64,000 nt of DNA, from the IMG/VR virus record IMGVR_UViG_3300045988_160259, positions 1-64,000 of that record; one strand, given 5' to 3'. A program made the translations under genes and the position numbers. The notes under the pieces were generated by a model, which was given only the letters and a program-made list of their open reading frames with translations, was not told the origin of the DNA and made no database searches. This document shows, piece by piece, positions 19,189 to 29,428 of this stretch (positions are counted from its first letter, which is position 1; each line of letters opens with the position of its first letter). The stretch comes from a virus.

Positions 19189-19983
19189 TCAGTCTTCGTC
19201 AACCTCATCAGCATCGTAAACGCTATACAGAATCTTGTCATCTCCACAATATTCGATCTCTAGATCGCCTTTGAAATCCATGGTTGCAGTGTCAGCACTA
19301 ACTGGAACAGTGGTTTCTGGAGATACCTGGAATGATGGCATTACAATGTAATCTGCTTTTAGATCATTTTTCTTACATGGATTGTAGTATGTAGCTTTCA
19401 TAATTGCGTATACAGATGTTGGGAATTTATCTGCTCTATTGTGGATTACGGCACCTGTCTCTACTTCACGATCATAACGAATAAAGAACATTTCTGCGTC
19501 TTCATCTAGTGGAAGAGTTAGTACAGCACCTTCTTTCGCAATAGAAAATTTATCTGTAGCAGCAGTCGTATCCATAGTATATGTTTTTCCAATAGAACCA
19601 TCGCCAAAATACTGAGCTACTTTTACAGAACCTTCTACATATCCGGTAATCGTAACGGTTTTAACACCATTTTTAACATGCATCAGTCTTGGCATTTTAA
19701 CTTTACCACTTTTAGATGCAAAAATTGGCTGAGATCCAGAAGATGCAGCAACGATATTGGTGTTAACAAAAGCATTTGTTGCAGAAAAAGTACCTGCTTT
19801 AGACTTCCAAATCTTCTTTACAAGATTACCATTTTTATCGGTAACATCTGTAGATTCAGCAGTGATTTCAATATTTGCATCACTTAATTGGGTGAGTACA
19901 TATTGTGGAGTGCCAGTACTTTTATCTTCTGCATAAAAGTATAGAATCTCTTTATAGATTTTGTCACCTAATTTAAAACTCAT
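19189..19983 (-). CDS. major tail (tube) protein candidate
   Basis: 264 aa, acidic C-terminus, placed between the head-tail connector genes and the tail chaperone/TMP genes. Confidence 0.55.
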   Translation of the reverse strand: MSFKLGDKIYKEILYFYAEDKSTGTPQYVLTQLSDANIEITAESTDVTDKNGNLVKKIWKSKAGTFSATNAFVNTNIVAASSGSQPIFASKSGKVKMPRLMHVKNGVKTVTITGYVEGSVKVAQYFGDGSIGKTYTMDTTAATDKFSIAKEGAVLTLPLDEDAEMFFIRYDREVETGAVIHNRADKFPTSVYAIMKATYYNPCKKNDLKADYIVMPSFQVSPETTVPVSADTATMDFKGDLEIEYCGDDKILYSVYDADEVDED

Positions 19984-20017
19984 TTATTTTTCCTCCTTAA
20001 ATTTTTGTATAAAAAAA

Positions 20018-20851
20018 TCATGCAGATCCTTTAAGATCTCGCATGAAATTAAATTCATTTTTTGGAATTTTTGATGTATCAACAAATCCAGAATAACTGC
20101 CATTAATAACAGCATGTGTTGATTCATAAATTTGAAGTCTTTGTACACTATCATAGAATTCCACAATTCCAACATTGCGCAGTTCATTCTTTTTATATTT
20201 CGATCCAGGGTGATTCAGATAGAAAGAAATCATAGATAATAGACTTGGTGGTTTTAAAGAATTGTCTCTTTTCATCGCCAGTAAATTCTGTTTGTCTCTA
20301 TTAATAAGATCTCTTTTAAGAGTCTTGCTAGAAGTGAATTCTTCTTCTGGCGGAAATGCATGAAACATATATTGAATATATTTACACATTTTAATTCGTG
20401 TTGGTTCGTCAATCTTTATATCTTGAATAGGATTATATAAAATAACACTTTCTTTTCCATCTTTTTCTTCAGTAAAGAAAGAAAAACCATGAAAATCAAT
20501 ATCACCAAACATCAGTTTTGAATATTCCAAATCAATACTTTTGATTAAAATGGAAAACAATTGCTGATTTGTGATATCATTCCAGTCAATTCCATTGTTC
20601 CAAAGTTGCAAACGGCATTTTGTTGTATTTGAAATAAATGGATAAATAACGGATTGTATATTTTCTTCTCCGTATGTTATATAGTCCTGAATTGATGGCT
20701 GATGAATTGTGATTTTATCATTCACTACATAATCATCTCCAAAATATAGTTGAAGAGGATTAAAATCTAAATATTCTTCTTCATTATTTTCTTCATTTGC
20801 TATCTGTGCTTCAATTGCACTTTGTACAAGATCATTATTCGCAAACCCCAT
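20018..20851 (-). CDS. hypothetical virion-module protein
   Basis: 277 aa ORF in the structural operon. Confidence 0.6.
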   Translation of the reverse strand: MGFANNDLVQSAIEAQIANEENNEEEYLDFNPLQLYFGDDYVVNDKITIHQPSIQDYITYGEENIQSVIYPFISNTTKCRLQLWNNGIDWNDITNQQLFSILIKSIDLEYSKLMFGDIDFHGFSFFTEEKDGKESVILYNPIQDIKIDEPTRIKMCKYIQYMFHAFPPEEEFTSSKTLKRDLINRDKQNLLAMKRDNSLKPPSLLSMISFYLNHPGSKYKKNELRNVGIVEFYDSVQRLQIYESTHAVINGSYSGFVDTSKIPKNEFNFMRDLKGSA

Positions 20852-20854
20852 AAT

Positions 20855-21496
20855 TTACCACCTTTTATTACTATAGAAGGATTTACCATTCTCTGTTTTT
20901 GTAATATTGTTTGGGGTAATAATTTGATATTGCAAAGTACGAACAAGATAGTTATTATCCATCGTTGATTCTTTATCTAAAGATGGAATCGGATTTTCAA
21001 CCTCGGTTCCAATCCATGCAAATCTATCTCGCAATATTGCAGCAATTAGATCATGTCTTGGTAAACCAGTAAGATCATCTATAACATCTTTTTCATGGAT
21101 AAATATTGTGAAAGTAAGAAGAAGTGTTTTTTCGGAATTATTATATCTTGCTAAGTCGTTAAAACTTGTTTGATAACATACATAATTCCTAGAATCTGTT
21201 TCTGTTTCTGGGAAAAATATATATGGACGGATATGGGCGTTTTCACCAAAATAACGATCCCACTCACCCAATGGTTCGCCATCTGCATCAACGTTTAAAT
21301 TTCCATCATCGTCGAATAATTCGGATTCCAACTCTGCATCATGAATTGCATACAGTAATTCTGGACAGTGTAATAATGTTTGATATACTTGATTTTTAAT
21401 ACGAATATTATCATCATCTGGATTATGTGTATACGCGCGTAATTTATTAAGCATATCATCTTTTGTACGAAAGGAGTATTCATTTATTTTATTCAT
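20855..21496 (-). CDS. hypothetical virion-module protein
   Basis: 213 aa ORF in the structural operon. Confidence 0.6.
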   Translation of the reverse strand: MNKINEYSFRTKDDMLNKLRAYTHNPDDDNIRIKNQVYQTLLHCPELLYAIHDAELESELFDDDGNLNVDADGEPLGEWDRYFGENAHIRPYIFFPETETDSRNYVCYQTSFNDLARYNNSEKTLLLTFTIFIHEKDVIDDLTGLPRHDLIAAILRDRFAWIGTEVENPIPSLDKESTMDNNYLVRTLQYQIITPNNITKTENGKSFYSNKRW

Positions 21497-21507
21497 TCAG
21501 ATACCCC

Positions 21508-22755
21508 CTATACAGTAATTTCAAAATTTTCAGCAACTCGAATAATGTTATTATTTAAAGAAACATCACATGATATTGATAATAATTTCCCTAAATAACT
21601 TCGATCGTTGATAAATTTCATTTTAATTTGATTATATTTACAACCAGATTTTGACCACGATACATGATCAGATAATTCATTATTTTCTACGGAGCATTTC
21701 CAAGTAAATTCTCCGCCTTTATATTGATCAGATATGTCATTGTGATCCTCGTCTAGTATTTTTATAGTAAACAGTTTATAACTGCCACCAACTTTTACAT
21801 TGGTAGAAGATGCTATAATTTCTTTATTTATACCGGCAATTTCTCCAGGCGTTGATGGTTCAACTGGGATAACAGACGAGTCATAATAATCAGCATACAT
21901 ACCAATAATCTTGCCGTTTTCATCACGTTCAATATAATCTCTATGTTCATCCCAAAAATCTTGATAAATTGTAAGCTTTTGGATTCCGACAGGTTTTGTG
22001 TTTTCTATTTTTGTTACAGACCATACCAAAGGATGCTCTGTTGGTGCGCTAATAATAAGACGCATTGTTTTACTAACATCATCGTTATACCAAAACTTTT
22101 CAGTAATTGGATTTAACGGAAACCAGATTTTATCCTGGTTGTCTGGGTGGGCAAAGTAGTGATCTCTATACTTACCAGTTGTGTACGAATTCTGGTTTCT
22201 AAGCACACCCCACATTTTCCGCTTAATTCTGTTTTGACCAGTTTTTTCAATCCATGTCAAATTATAATCACATGGAAGAATTAAATACTTCCGAAATTGG
22301 TTTGCAATTTCTCTTCCAACAATTAACCATTTATGATAAATTTTATTATCATCTGGGATATCTACGAATAACCCAATCGGAAAATCGGCTAGATACCGTT
22401 CGTGATAATTTGTTTCATAATAATACAAATCATCATTTTCGGAAAAAGAATATTTTTGAGACGGACGAAATTGTAGATAATAAGGAACCTGATCCTTATC
22501 TATAGACTGATAAGAATTAATAATAAACTTTGCATCAATTGGAGTTTTAGTTGTATTTTCATAAGTAATGTCTTGATTCTTATCTGGTTGATCGTCATGG
22601 TAAAAATCATAGATATAACACTTTTTGGATTGGATATCGTTATCCCAGGTGAGATCCATAAGTTCGTCAGATGAATCTTTCATATCTTGTCCAAGTGTCC
22701 ATTTTTGATCTTGTGATACATTGGCAAGTTTTCTAGCAATCGATAGGCTTGGCAT
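21508..22755 (-). CDS. hypothetical virion-module protein
   Basis: ATG at 22755 follows SD GGAGGTGA. The ORF track starts at 22773. Confidence 0.6.
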   Translation of the reverse strand: MPSLSIARKLANVSQDQKWTLGQDMKDSSDELMDLTWDNDIQSKKCYIYDFYHDDQPDKNQDITYENTTKTPIDAKFIINSYQSIDKDQVPYYLQFRPSQKYSFSENDDLYYYETNYHERYLADFPIGLFVDIPDDNKIYHKWLIVGREIANQFRKYLILPCDYNLTWIEKTGQNRIKRKMWGVLRNQNSYTTGKYRDHYFAHPDNQDKIWFPLNPITEKFWYNDDVSKTMRLIISAPTEHPLVWSVTKIENTKPVGIQKLTIYQDFWDEHRDYIERDENGKIIGMYADYYDSSVIPVEPSTPGEIAGINKEIIASSTNVKVGGSYKLFTIKILDEDHNDISDQYKGGEFTWKCSVENNELSDHVSWSKSGCKYNQIKMKFINDRSYLGKLLSISCDVSLNNNIIRVAENFEITV

Positions 22756-23098
22756 TTGTATCACCTCCTTCAAAAATCTCCTTAATATAACTGTGAGAAT
22801 CGAGAATTAATTTACGAAACAATTTGTAACTGTAATCATCTCTTTGTACACAACTGTACGCAGCCTGAAGGGTTGACATTAAATTCACCATTAAGACAGG
22901 CTGTCCTAATAGATCATTTAATCCACCAAAACGATATAAAAGGTTTTCGAAGTAAATTAAAAAGTCTTGCTCAGAATTAAAAATTGCATCCTTGATATTT
23001 TTATCTTTAAATAAAAGTAGTTTATGAATATCATTATGCATTAACTGTGCTGACTCATAAATCTGTTTATCTGTAAAATTACCATATAGATAATCCAT
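22733..23098 (-). CDS. hypothetical head-tail connector-size protein
   Basis: ATG at 23098 follows SD AAGGAGGT. Confidence 0.55.
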   Translation of the reverse strand: MDYLYGNFTDKQIYESAQLMHNDIHKLLLFKDKNIKDAIFNSEQDFLIYFENLLYRFGGLNDLLGQPVLMVNLMSTLQAAYSCVQRDDYSYKLFRKLILDSHSYIKEIFEGGDTNAKPIDC

Positions 23099-23099
23099 A

Positions 23100-23555
23100 T
23101 TAATTACCTCCTTGTAAATAGGAGTTGTTAATATAACCATGGTAACTCAAAAGATTGCTAAATTCTTTCTGCAAGGTTTTTTGTCTTTCTTGCAACTGTT
23201 TATATAAATTCTGTAACATTTTTTCTTCTTTTCCACCCAGAGATATAAGAGTGTATTTTCGATTATTAATTCTATGCTGATACCATTCGATTGCCATACC
23301 CAAAGACAATAATCTCGAAAGATACTCTTGATCAGCAAATTCACTTACAGAATTTTTCAGTTCAAATGTAATTTCTTCAAAATCATCATCTAATTCCAGA
23401 GTATCAAATTTACCTAAAATTCTAGGATCACCAAAAACCTGATGTAATCTTTCAACTTCCAATTCCATAAGATCGGACTCTTTGAGATTTAATTCGCTTT
23501 GATCCTCTAGAATTCCAAGATATCTTGAAAAAATCGTTTCATATGGAAGTGTCAT
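23100..23555 (-). CDS. hypothetical head-tail connector-size protein
   Basis: ATG at 23555 follows SD AAGGAGGTG. Confidence 0.55.
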   Translation of the reverse strand: MTLPYETIFSRYLGILEDQSELNLKESDLMELEVERLHQVFGDPRILGKFDTLELDDDFEEITFELKNSVSEFADQEYLSRLLSLGMAIEWYQHRINNRKYTLISLGGKEEKMLQNLYKQLQERQKTLQKEFSNLLSYHGYINNSYLQGGN

Positions 23556-23566
23556 CACACACCTCC

Positions 23567-24130
23567 TTATTTAACAAATAGATCACTTAAAAGATTGAAG
23601 TCTGAATCAAAAAGATTACTTAGCGCGCGAACTTTTGAAATACTGTCAAGATGACCGTTTGCAATTTCTGAACCGATCATTTTTTCAAGAACATCTTGTG
23701 TAGCTTCTGGAAGTTCTGCGATTGCAGCTTTCATTTTTGCGATTGGAAGGTCAAGAATTTCAAGCAGGTCATTTTTTGTATACATTTTCTCGTAAACATT
23801 CTTAACAGTTGGAAAATCTTCAAGTAAATCATCATTTAAAATGATGAACCTCGGAAGAAATACATGATCAGACCCTTTTCTAATTAAAGATACAAGGTCA
23901 CGATAGTTAATTTCACATTCTGATCCATAATCACCGAATTCATAAGAATTTCCAGATTGTCCTCCTATATATAGAGCACCATATGTAACAGATCGACATA
24001 GAATATAATCAGAATCTGTAAATACACGTTTTTCTTTTATTGGTTCAGTTTTAATTTTTTCTATGTTTTCAGCAATAACTGGTTTTACCGTTCCAGCAAC
24101 GGTTTCCTTTCTTGTTCTAGCTGTAGCCAT
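23567..24130 (-). CDS. hypothetical head-module protein
   Basis: 187 aa ORF with SD GGAGGA. Confidence 0.6.
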   Translation of the reverse strand: MATARTRKETVAGTVKPVIAENIEKIKTEPIKEKRVFTDSDYILCRSVTYGALYIGGQSGNSYEFGDYGSECEINYRDLVSLIRKGSDHVFLPRFIILNDDLLEDFPTVKNVYEKMYTKNDLLEILDLPIAKMKAAIAELPEATQDVLEKMIGSEIANGHLDSISKVRALSNLFDSDFNLLSDLFVK

Positions 24131-24144
24131 AACATTCCTCCATT

Positions 24145-24176
24145 ACAAAAATAGGAGAGTACTAACGTACCCTCCT
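24145..24176 (-). terminator. intrinsic terminator after the capsid gene
   Basis: Minus strand AGGAGGGTAC-GTTA-GTACTCTCCT followed by ATTTTTG. Confidence 0.7.
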
Positions 24177-24194
24177 ACAATATTTAAAATTAAA

Positions 24195-25307
24195 TTACTC
24201 TGCAGTGATTGTCCAAGCACCAAAGTATCTACCAAGACGAGTAGCAACACCAAATTCACGCTGTACTTCGTATTTCATAAGATCAGCGATATTACTATTG
24301 GCTGTTCCACGATCAGTGATCTCTTCGATTAATGTTTCACCAACATCAACCATATCTACCAGTTTGTTGTCACCAGAAGCAAACATAAATAAGGTGTCGT
24401 CTTTGTACATATCTTTAGTTACATCGTTTCTTGCGAATCTCTGTGGGATTTCAACAAGAGTATAGCGACCATAATGACCAAGACGGCCCATCGCTGCTTT
24501 CTCTTCTTTCTGAGAATCTGCAATCCAATTGATATTAATAAGACCTTCAAGTTCTTGTAGCGCAACAGATGTTCCCATGATAACAACTTCTGCATTGTCG
24601 TTTGCTACAGATACATTCTGAAGAATCTTATTAAATTTCTTTCTGTTTGCCTCGGTAAGAGCACCAGTACCTACAAACTGAGCCTGTGGTACAATTTTCT
24701 TTGGAGCATTCATAATCTCAGTGAAGATTAGCTCTTGAATCATTACAACAAATGCTTTAGTAATTGCGTCAACAAGTTTAGTCCAATCTTCTTGTCCAAT
24801 GAGATATCTATCAATATCAGCACCTACTGCTGCTCCATACAGATCAGTCTCAACAGAATAGGTTGTACCCTCTGGTAATCTCTGCAGCATGGTATCATGA
24901 TGTCTTTTACCCATTCTTGCGATAGAGAGAATAACCTCGTCATGCTCCTGATAGAATAAATTCTCATCGTTTTCTTTTAGATTTTTATAGTTAACTAATA
25001 CATTAAACCATTCGTTTTCTTTTAGACCAGTAGATACAGTCCAGTCAACTACTTCCTCAATAATATCGAAGAATTGACGACCATAATCTCTATATGCTCT
25101 TTCACGCTCTCTACGAGAGGAATCTTTCGTAAGACCGAATACTTTCTGACATACTTCACGTAGTTTATCTTCAGCATCTCTTTTTGAAAGACCTTCCTCT
25201 AAATCGCCTTTGTACAGGTCAAACATTAGATTTTTTACTTCGTCATAAGAAGTTTTCATATCTTCAAACACATTCATAACATGTGCGCTAAAATTCATTT
25301 TTCTCAT
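24195..25307 (-). CDS. major capsid protein candidate
   Basis: 370 aa with a strong SD, followed by a strong terminator. Position after the scaffold-like gene. Confidence 0.65.
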   Translation of the reverse strand: MRKMNFSAHVMNVFEDMKTSYDEVKNLMFDLYKGDLEEGLSKRDAEDKLREVCQKVFGLTKDSSRRERERAYRDYGRQFFDIIEEVVDWTVSTGLKENEWFNVLVNYKNLKENDENLFYQEHDEVILSIARMGKRHHDTMLQRLPEGTTYSVETDLYGAAVGADIDRYLIGQEDWTKLVDAITKAFVVMIQELIFTEIMNAPKKIVPQAQFVGTGALTEANRKKFNKILQNVSVANDNAEVVIMGTSVALQELEGLININWIADSQKEEKAAMGRLGHYGRYTLVEIPQRFARNDVTKDMYKDDTLFMFASGDNKLVDMVDVGETLIEEITDRGTANSNIADLMKYEVQREFGVATRLGRYFGAWTITAE

Positions 25308-25326
25308 ATTCTAATTCCCTCCTTTC

Positions 25327-25818
25327 TTATGCAGTAATTTTGTGCCGCTGACTGCCAGCTTCTACGGTTACTTTTGCTCCAGCTTGTGGAGTACCATCAA
25401 ATGCATCTGCACTTAGTTCATAAACATCGGTTACAGTAAGAACTAAACCTCTAACAGTTCTTGTTCTGGTCGCAGATGCTGCATTATAGAAATTAGAAGT
25501 TTTCGTGAATTCTTTATTATAATTTGCTGCAATTTCTGGAACCTCATAAATTAGAATTGCAGGATTATTTACATCAACTTTTGTAACTTCAACGTACCAG
25601 TTACCATCTGCAGCCTGTTCTGTAATTACGCCTTCAAATCCTGCTGGAGCATCAGCTACTTTGTATTGATCAAAGCTTACATAAGCGCCTTTTCCACAAA
25701 CTGTACCATTATCGGTATCTTTATCAATTACCATGTTTAGGACTCTACCAACTTTGTCGGAAAGGACTTTAGTTGGGAAACAAACGTGGTGTTGGTCAAT
25801 TTTATATTTTATTGCCAT
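25327..25818 (-). CDS. hypothetical head-module protein
   Basis: 163 aa ORF between the scaffold-like and capsid genes. Confidence 0.55.
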   Translation of the reverse strand: MAIKYKIDQHHVCFPTKVLSDKVGRVLNMVIDKDTDNGTVCGKGAYVSFDQYKVADAPAGFEGVITEQAADGNWYVEVTKVDVNNPAILIYEVPEIAANYNKEFTKTSNFYNAASATRTRTVRGLVLTVTDVYELSADAFDGTPQAGAKVTVEAGSQRHKITA

Positions 25819-25891
25819 TTGTTTTTCCTCCTATTTTTTTACAAAATAAAAAGACCATCTATATGAATGATCTTCAAAATTTAAAAATTAT

Positions 25892-27571
25892 TTATTTATC
25901 TTCTTTAGCAAATAATTTTCCATATCTGCTTGCCTTTACTGGCTTTTTATTTACGTTTGCAAACTGTTTCTTTGAAACCATTGTTTTCTCTTCTGTTGGA
26001 TTTCCTGCTGAAAAATTAGAGTGCTCAGAAATATAATCTGAATGAAGAACTTTAATTTCTGTCTCAAGATCAGCGAGAGAGTAGTTATCCATTTCAGAAA
26101 CAAGCTTCTCATAATCTTTATTTACAAATTTTCCTTCTTCGTCTTTCTGTGCAAGAATTTCATATTTCTCAGAATCAAGAATTGCTTTCTTCTTCTCACG
26201 AAGCTCGTTTAATTCAATTTCTTCTTTGAATGCTTTTAATTCTGCATAGTTTGAACGCATTTCTTCGATAGAAATTTTCTCTGATTCAGTAAGAAGCATT
26301 GCAAACATTTCTGTTCTCTCTCCAGCAAGTGCAATATTATCTTCATCTCTTGTATAGGACTGTTTGTAATATTTATCACTGTCCCAATCCTGCATAATAA
26401 AATATTCATCATATACCTGAGACACATAGCACCATTCAGAATCATTTCTATAAATAGAACACAATGCATTTAATGCGTATCTGATATCTTCAAAAGAAAT
26501 GTCAAATAATTTATTGAATAGCTCATCTTTTGAAAAACTTTCTGCTTCAGTATCGTTAGTTTCTTCTTCGATGACCTGTTCTGATTCTTCCTGGCTTTCT
26601 TCTGTTCCTTCAGTAGTTTCTGTCTCTTCTTCGGAGGTTTCCTCAACTATTTCCTCAGATTCTTCTTCTGTGGTAGTTACTTCCTCTTCAGACTCTTCTG
26701 TTTCAGTTACTTCCTCAGTTTCAGTAACTTCCTCTTCAAAGTGTTCCTTATTCAATTCGGTCCCTCCTTTCGTATTATTTTTTATATCATCACAGAAAGA
26801 TTCAAGTTTATCTAATCTTTCTTGTAATTCTTCCATTTTTAAGTCATAGTCTTCAAATAAGCTATTGTTTTTTGCATTAAAATCCGCGAGTTTAATATTA
26901 GAGCCTTGCATTCCAGGATTAACGGTTTCGCCTTGTGGCGTCTTCCCAAGAATTGTTACTCCAGAAAACCAAAAATCCTCAATATTTAAAAATTTCTGTT
27001 TAGCATCATAACTAAGTTCTCTAATTGATAGCTCGACGGATACGAAACACTCTTCCTCTCGTTCAAGTATTTCTGCAGCTTTTGAATATTCTTCAAAAAT
27101 ATAACCATCAACTTCACAGTAGGTCTTTTTCTTTTCTTCATCATAAACAAGTTGTGCATTACAACTTTCTGGAATAATTCCGACTGGATATTCGTCGTAA
27201 ACGATTTCACCATTTTCGTCCTCATGCATGTTATGTGCATAAAATTCCCATTTGCCTTCAGGGTTTTCATCCGTTACAACTTTATGAAGGTATCCAAGAA
27301 TTGGGCGGTTACTAAAAGATGGAAGCGCAGCTTCCATAACAGATGTATCAATATTTGATCCGTTGACGTTTAAATCTGTATGACATGCTTGCAGATGAAC
27401 TGGTAATAGTCCTTCTTTGTCTTTATTTGTTTCATCAAATTTGATTTTTCCATGTACTTGAACAACCAATGGATCTCCATTTTTCTCAATGCTGAAATGT
27501 GTAGATCTCTTATATTTGTTTAAATAGAAATCATATAAATCTTCTATAAAAAGAAGTCTTTTTTTTGACAT
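25892..27571 (-). CDS. scaffold/prohead-maturation-like protein with an acidic repeat region
   Basis: ATG at 27571 follows SD AAAGGAGGG. Long E/T/S acidic tract (EEVTETEEVTETEE..). Located after the portal gene. Confidence 0.55.
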   Translation of the reverse strand: MSKKRLLFIEDLYDFYLNKYKRSTHFSIEKNGDPLVVQVHGKIKFDETNKDKEGLLPVHLQACHTDLNVNGSNIDTSVMEAALPSFSNRPILGYLHKVVTDENPEGKWEFYAHNMHEDENGEIVYDEYPVGIIPESCNAQLVYDEEKKKTYCEVDGYIFEEYSKAAEILEREEECFVSVELSIRELSYDAKQKFLNIEDFWFSGVTILGKTPQGETVNPGMQGSNIKLADFNAKNNSLFEDYDLKMEELQERLDKLESFCDDIKNNTKGGTELNKEHFEEEVTETEEVTETEESEEEVTTTEEESEEIVEETSEEETETTEGTEESQEESEQVIEEETNDTEAESFSKDELFNKLFDISFEDIRYALNALCSIYRNDSEWCYVSQVYDEYFIMQDWDSDKYYKQSYTRDEDNIALAGERTEMFAMLLTESEKISIEEMRSNYAELKAFKEEIELNELREKKKAILDSEKYEILAQKDEEGKFVNKDYEKLVSEMDNYSLADLETEIKVLHSDYISEHSNFSAGNPTEEKTMVSKKQFANVNKKPVKASRYGKLFAKEDK

Positions 27572-27608
27572 GATTTTGCCATTCCCTCCTTTCTGTTTAA
27601 AATTAGGC

Positions 27609-27638
27609 ATAAAAACACCACTCAGATAGGAGAGTGGT
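27609..27638 (-). terminator. intrinsic terminator
   Basis: Minus strand ACCACTC-TCCTATCT-GAGTGGT followed by GTTTTTA. Confidence 0.6.
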
Positions 27639-27817
27639 TAAAATGTAAGAATGTTGCTATATTGAATTTTGGATTTGTCTATATCATTTGAAAACTGAAT
27701 TTTATCAGAGTTTAGAAAAATATAAATCCCGTTTGATTCGCTTACTGTTTGAAAACCGATTTTCTTTAAAACGGCTGCGGTATGAGAATCCATTGTTTTA
27801 ATAAATTTTGTTTTCAT
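27638..27817 (-). CDS. small hypothetical protein (59 aa, below the ORF-track cutoff)
   Basis: MKTKFIKTMDSHTAAVLKKIGF.. with SD AAGAGG. Fills the gap after the portal gene. Confidence 0.55.
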   Translation of the reverse strand: MKTKFIKTMDSHTAAVLKKIGFQTVSESNGIYIFLNSDKIQFSNDIDKSKIQYSNILTF

Positions 27818-27831
27818 CTATACTACCTCTT

Positions 27832-29385
27832 TCATTTTTTATCCTTCGTTTTACTTCCTTCGTCAGAGATAGTTTCGTCTGATACTGTAGGTCTCCCTCC
27901 ATCGCTCGAACTTGAAACAGTATTTGCTGATGTAAGAGTCGTAAATCTACTAGGAAGATCCAAGATATCATTTGCAAGAAAAGCTAAAGAAAGAGTGTCT
28001 AATTCACTTATACCATTAAGAGAATTAATTAATAAAATTTTAGAACTATCATATTGAAGATCCTTTTGCATAGATTCTTTCAATATATCTTTCGTATAAG
28101 AAGATATCTCAAAAAACTTAACTTTCGCTGGATTTGACATTTGATATGAAAGCATTCGATTTGTCCATCCTTCGATCTGACCAAGAAGAGCAGAAATTGC
28201 TAATTCTGTATCCGCTTTGGTTGCAGCTCTAAATGCTTCAGCCCCAGAAATAGTAGAAGAGTTTAGTATCTGCGCACCGCCAGAGGTGTTTAATACTTCC
28301 TTTGTTGCTCGTTGTACTTTTGTTGTATCAGATGCTTGATCGTCTGCAAATGAAATTGTTTGAAGTGGAAGAGGTGTAATAACAGATCCGATATAAGGTG
28401 GTAAACTTTCTACTAATTTATTGTAATAATCCACTGCAAAATCAATGTTTACAGCCCATTGATCAGGTTCGTCAGCCCCAGATATTGTCGGAATAGTCGC
28501 TGTGATTAATTTATAAATCTGCTGCTCATCAGCAACTGCCTGTACATCGGCAAGATTTAACAAACCAATCAAATCAATAAATAAACCACTATATATAGGA
28601 ACAATTGTTTCCCATGTTTCTACTCTTGATTTCGTACACAAAGCGTATTCATCAGGCATTGGTTGCCATTTATTCTGATTGTTTCCGCCATAAGCCTTAT
28701 ACATTGACTGTAAAGGATCTCCTAAAAACTCTAGGACGTCTTCATATTTTTTATATTGGCTCATATCTACACTGAATGAATAATCACCTGTAAAATATTT
28801 TCCAGAAATTCTACAATAATTAGGTGGTATTTTTAGAATAAACATACCAGTTTCGTCCAACCAACAACATCCAAAAAATACATCTTCAATAAAATTATTG
28901 ATTACTGTCGATAATAAATTACTTTGAAGATTCATTCTATTCAACCAGATAAGTGTGTCATAATAATCTTTTAAAATAGATTCTTTGTCATTATCTTCTG
29001 TAGGATTATATGACGGAACAACATATCTTGCATTTAGATCAAACATTGTTGCATTATACATAATTAATCTAAAATAAATTTGGGAACGATAGAAGAGATA
29101 ACGAGAAAGACCACGAAGTTCTTCTTCGTAGCTGTCAATATTTTGCAGATAACGAATAACATTTTCTTTACTATAGGAACTAATAGAAATCTGCCGAGTT
29201 GTTTTTGTTACGTCACGAACTTGCTTGAAAGCATTCTGTGTTTCTGCGAATCTTTCTTTTTGTAATTCGAGATTTTGTATATAATTTTTTCGCTCTGCAG
29301 CGGTTGGCTGTTTTGAATAATTTCTTTTTTTAGGAGATGTTTTTGTCATCTCTTTTTTCTGTTGTGTCATTCTTAATGAAAACAC
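27832..29385 (-). CDS. portal protein candidate
   Basis: 517 aa ORF immediately downstream of terL. Start ambiguous (GTG at 29385 or ATG at 29370). Confidence 0.6.
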   Translation of the reverse strand: MFSLRMTQQKKEMTKTSPKKRNYSKQPTAAERKNYIQNLELQKERFAETQNAFKQVRDVTKTTRQISISSYSKENVIRYLQNIDSYEEELRGLSRYLFYRSQIYFRLIMYNATMFDLNARYVVPSYNPTEDNDKESILKDYYDTLIWLNRMNLQSNLLSTVINNFIEDVFFGCCWLDETGMFILKIPPNYCRISGKYFTGDYSFSVDMSQYKKYEDVLEFLGDPLQSMYKAYGGNNQNKWQPMPDEYALCTKSRVETWETIVPIYSGLFIDLIGLLNLADVQAVADEQQIYKLITATIPTISGADEPDQWAVNIDFAVDYYNKLVESLPPYIGSVITPLPLQTISFADDQASDTTKVQRATKEVLNTSGGAQILNSSTISGAEAFRAATKADTELAISALLGQIEGWTNRMLSYQMSNPAKVKFFEISSYTKDILKESMQKDLQYDSSKILLINSLNGISELDTLSLAFLANDILDLPSRFTTLTSANTVSSSSDGGRPTVSDETISDEGSKTKDKK

Positions 29386-29428
29386 CTCCTTTTCTTTTGA
29401 ATTTTTATTATGGAACTATATATAATAC

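Noticed and set aside
26560-26760. Tandem nucleotide repeats (GTTTCAGT[TA]ACTTCCTC) as a non-coding repeat array
   Set aside because: They encode the acidic EEVTETEE repeats of the scaffold-like protein, so they are an in-frame coding low-complexity region.
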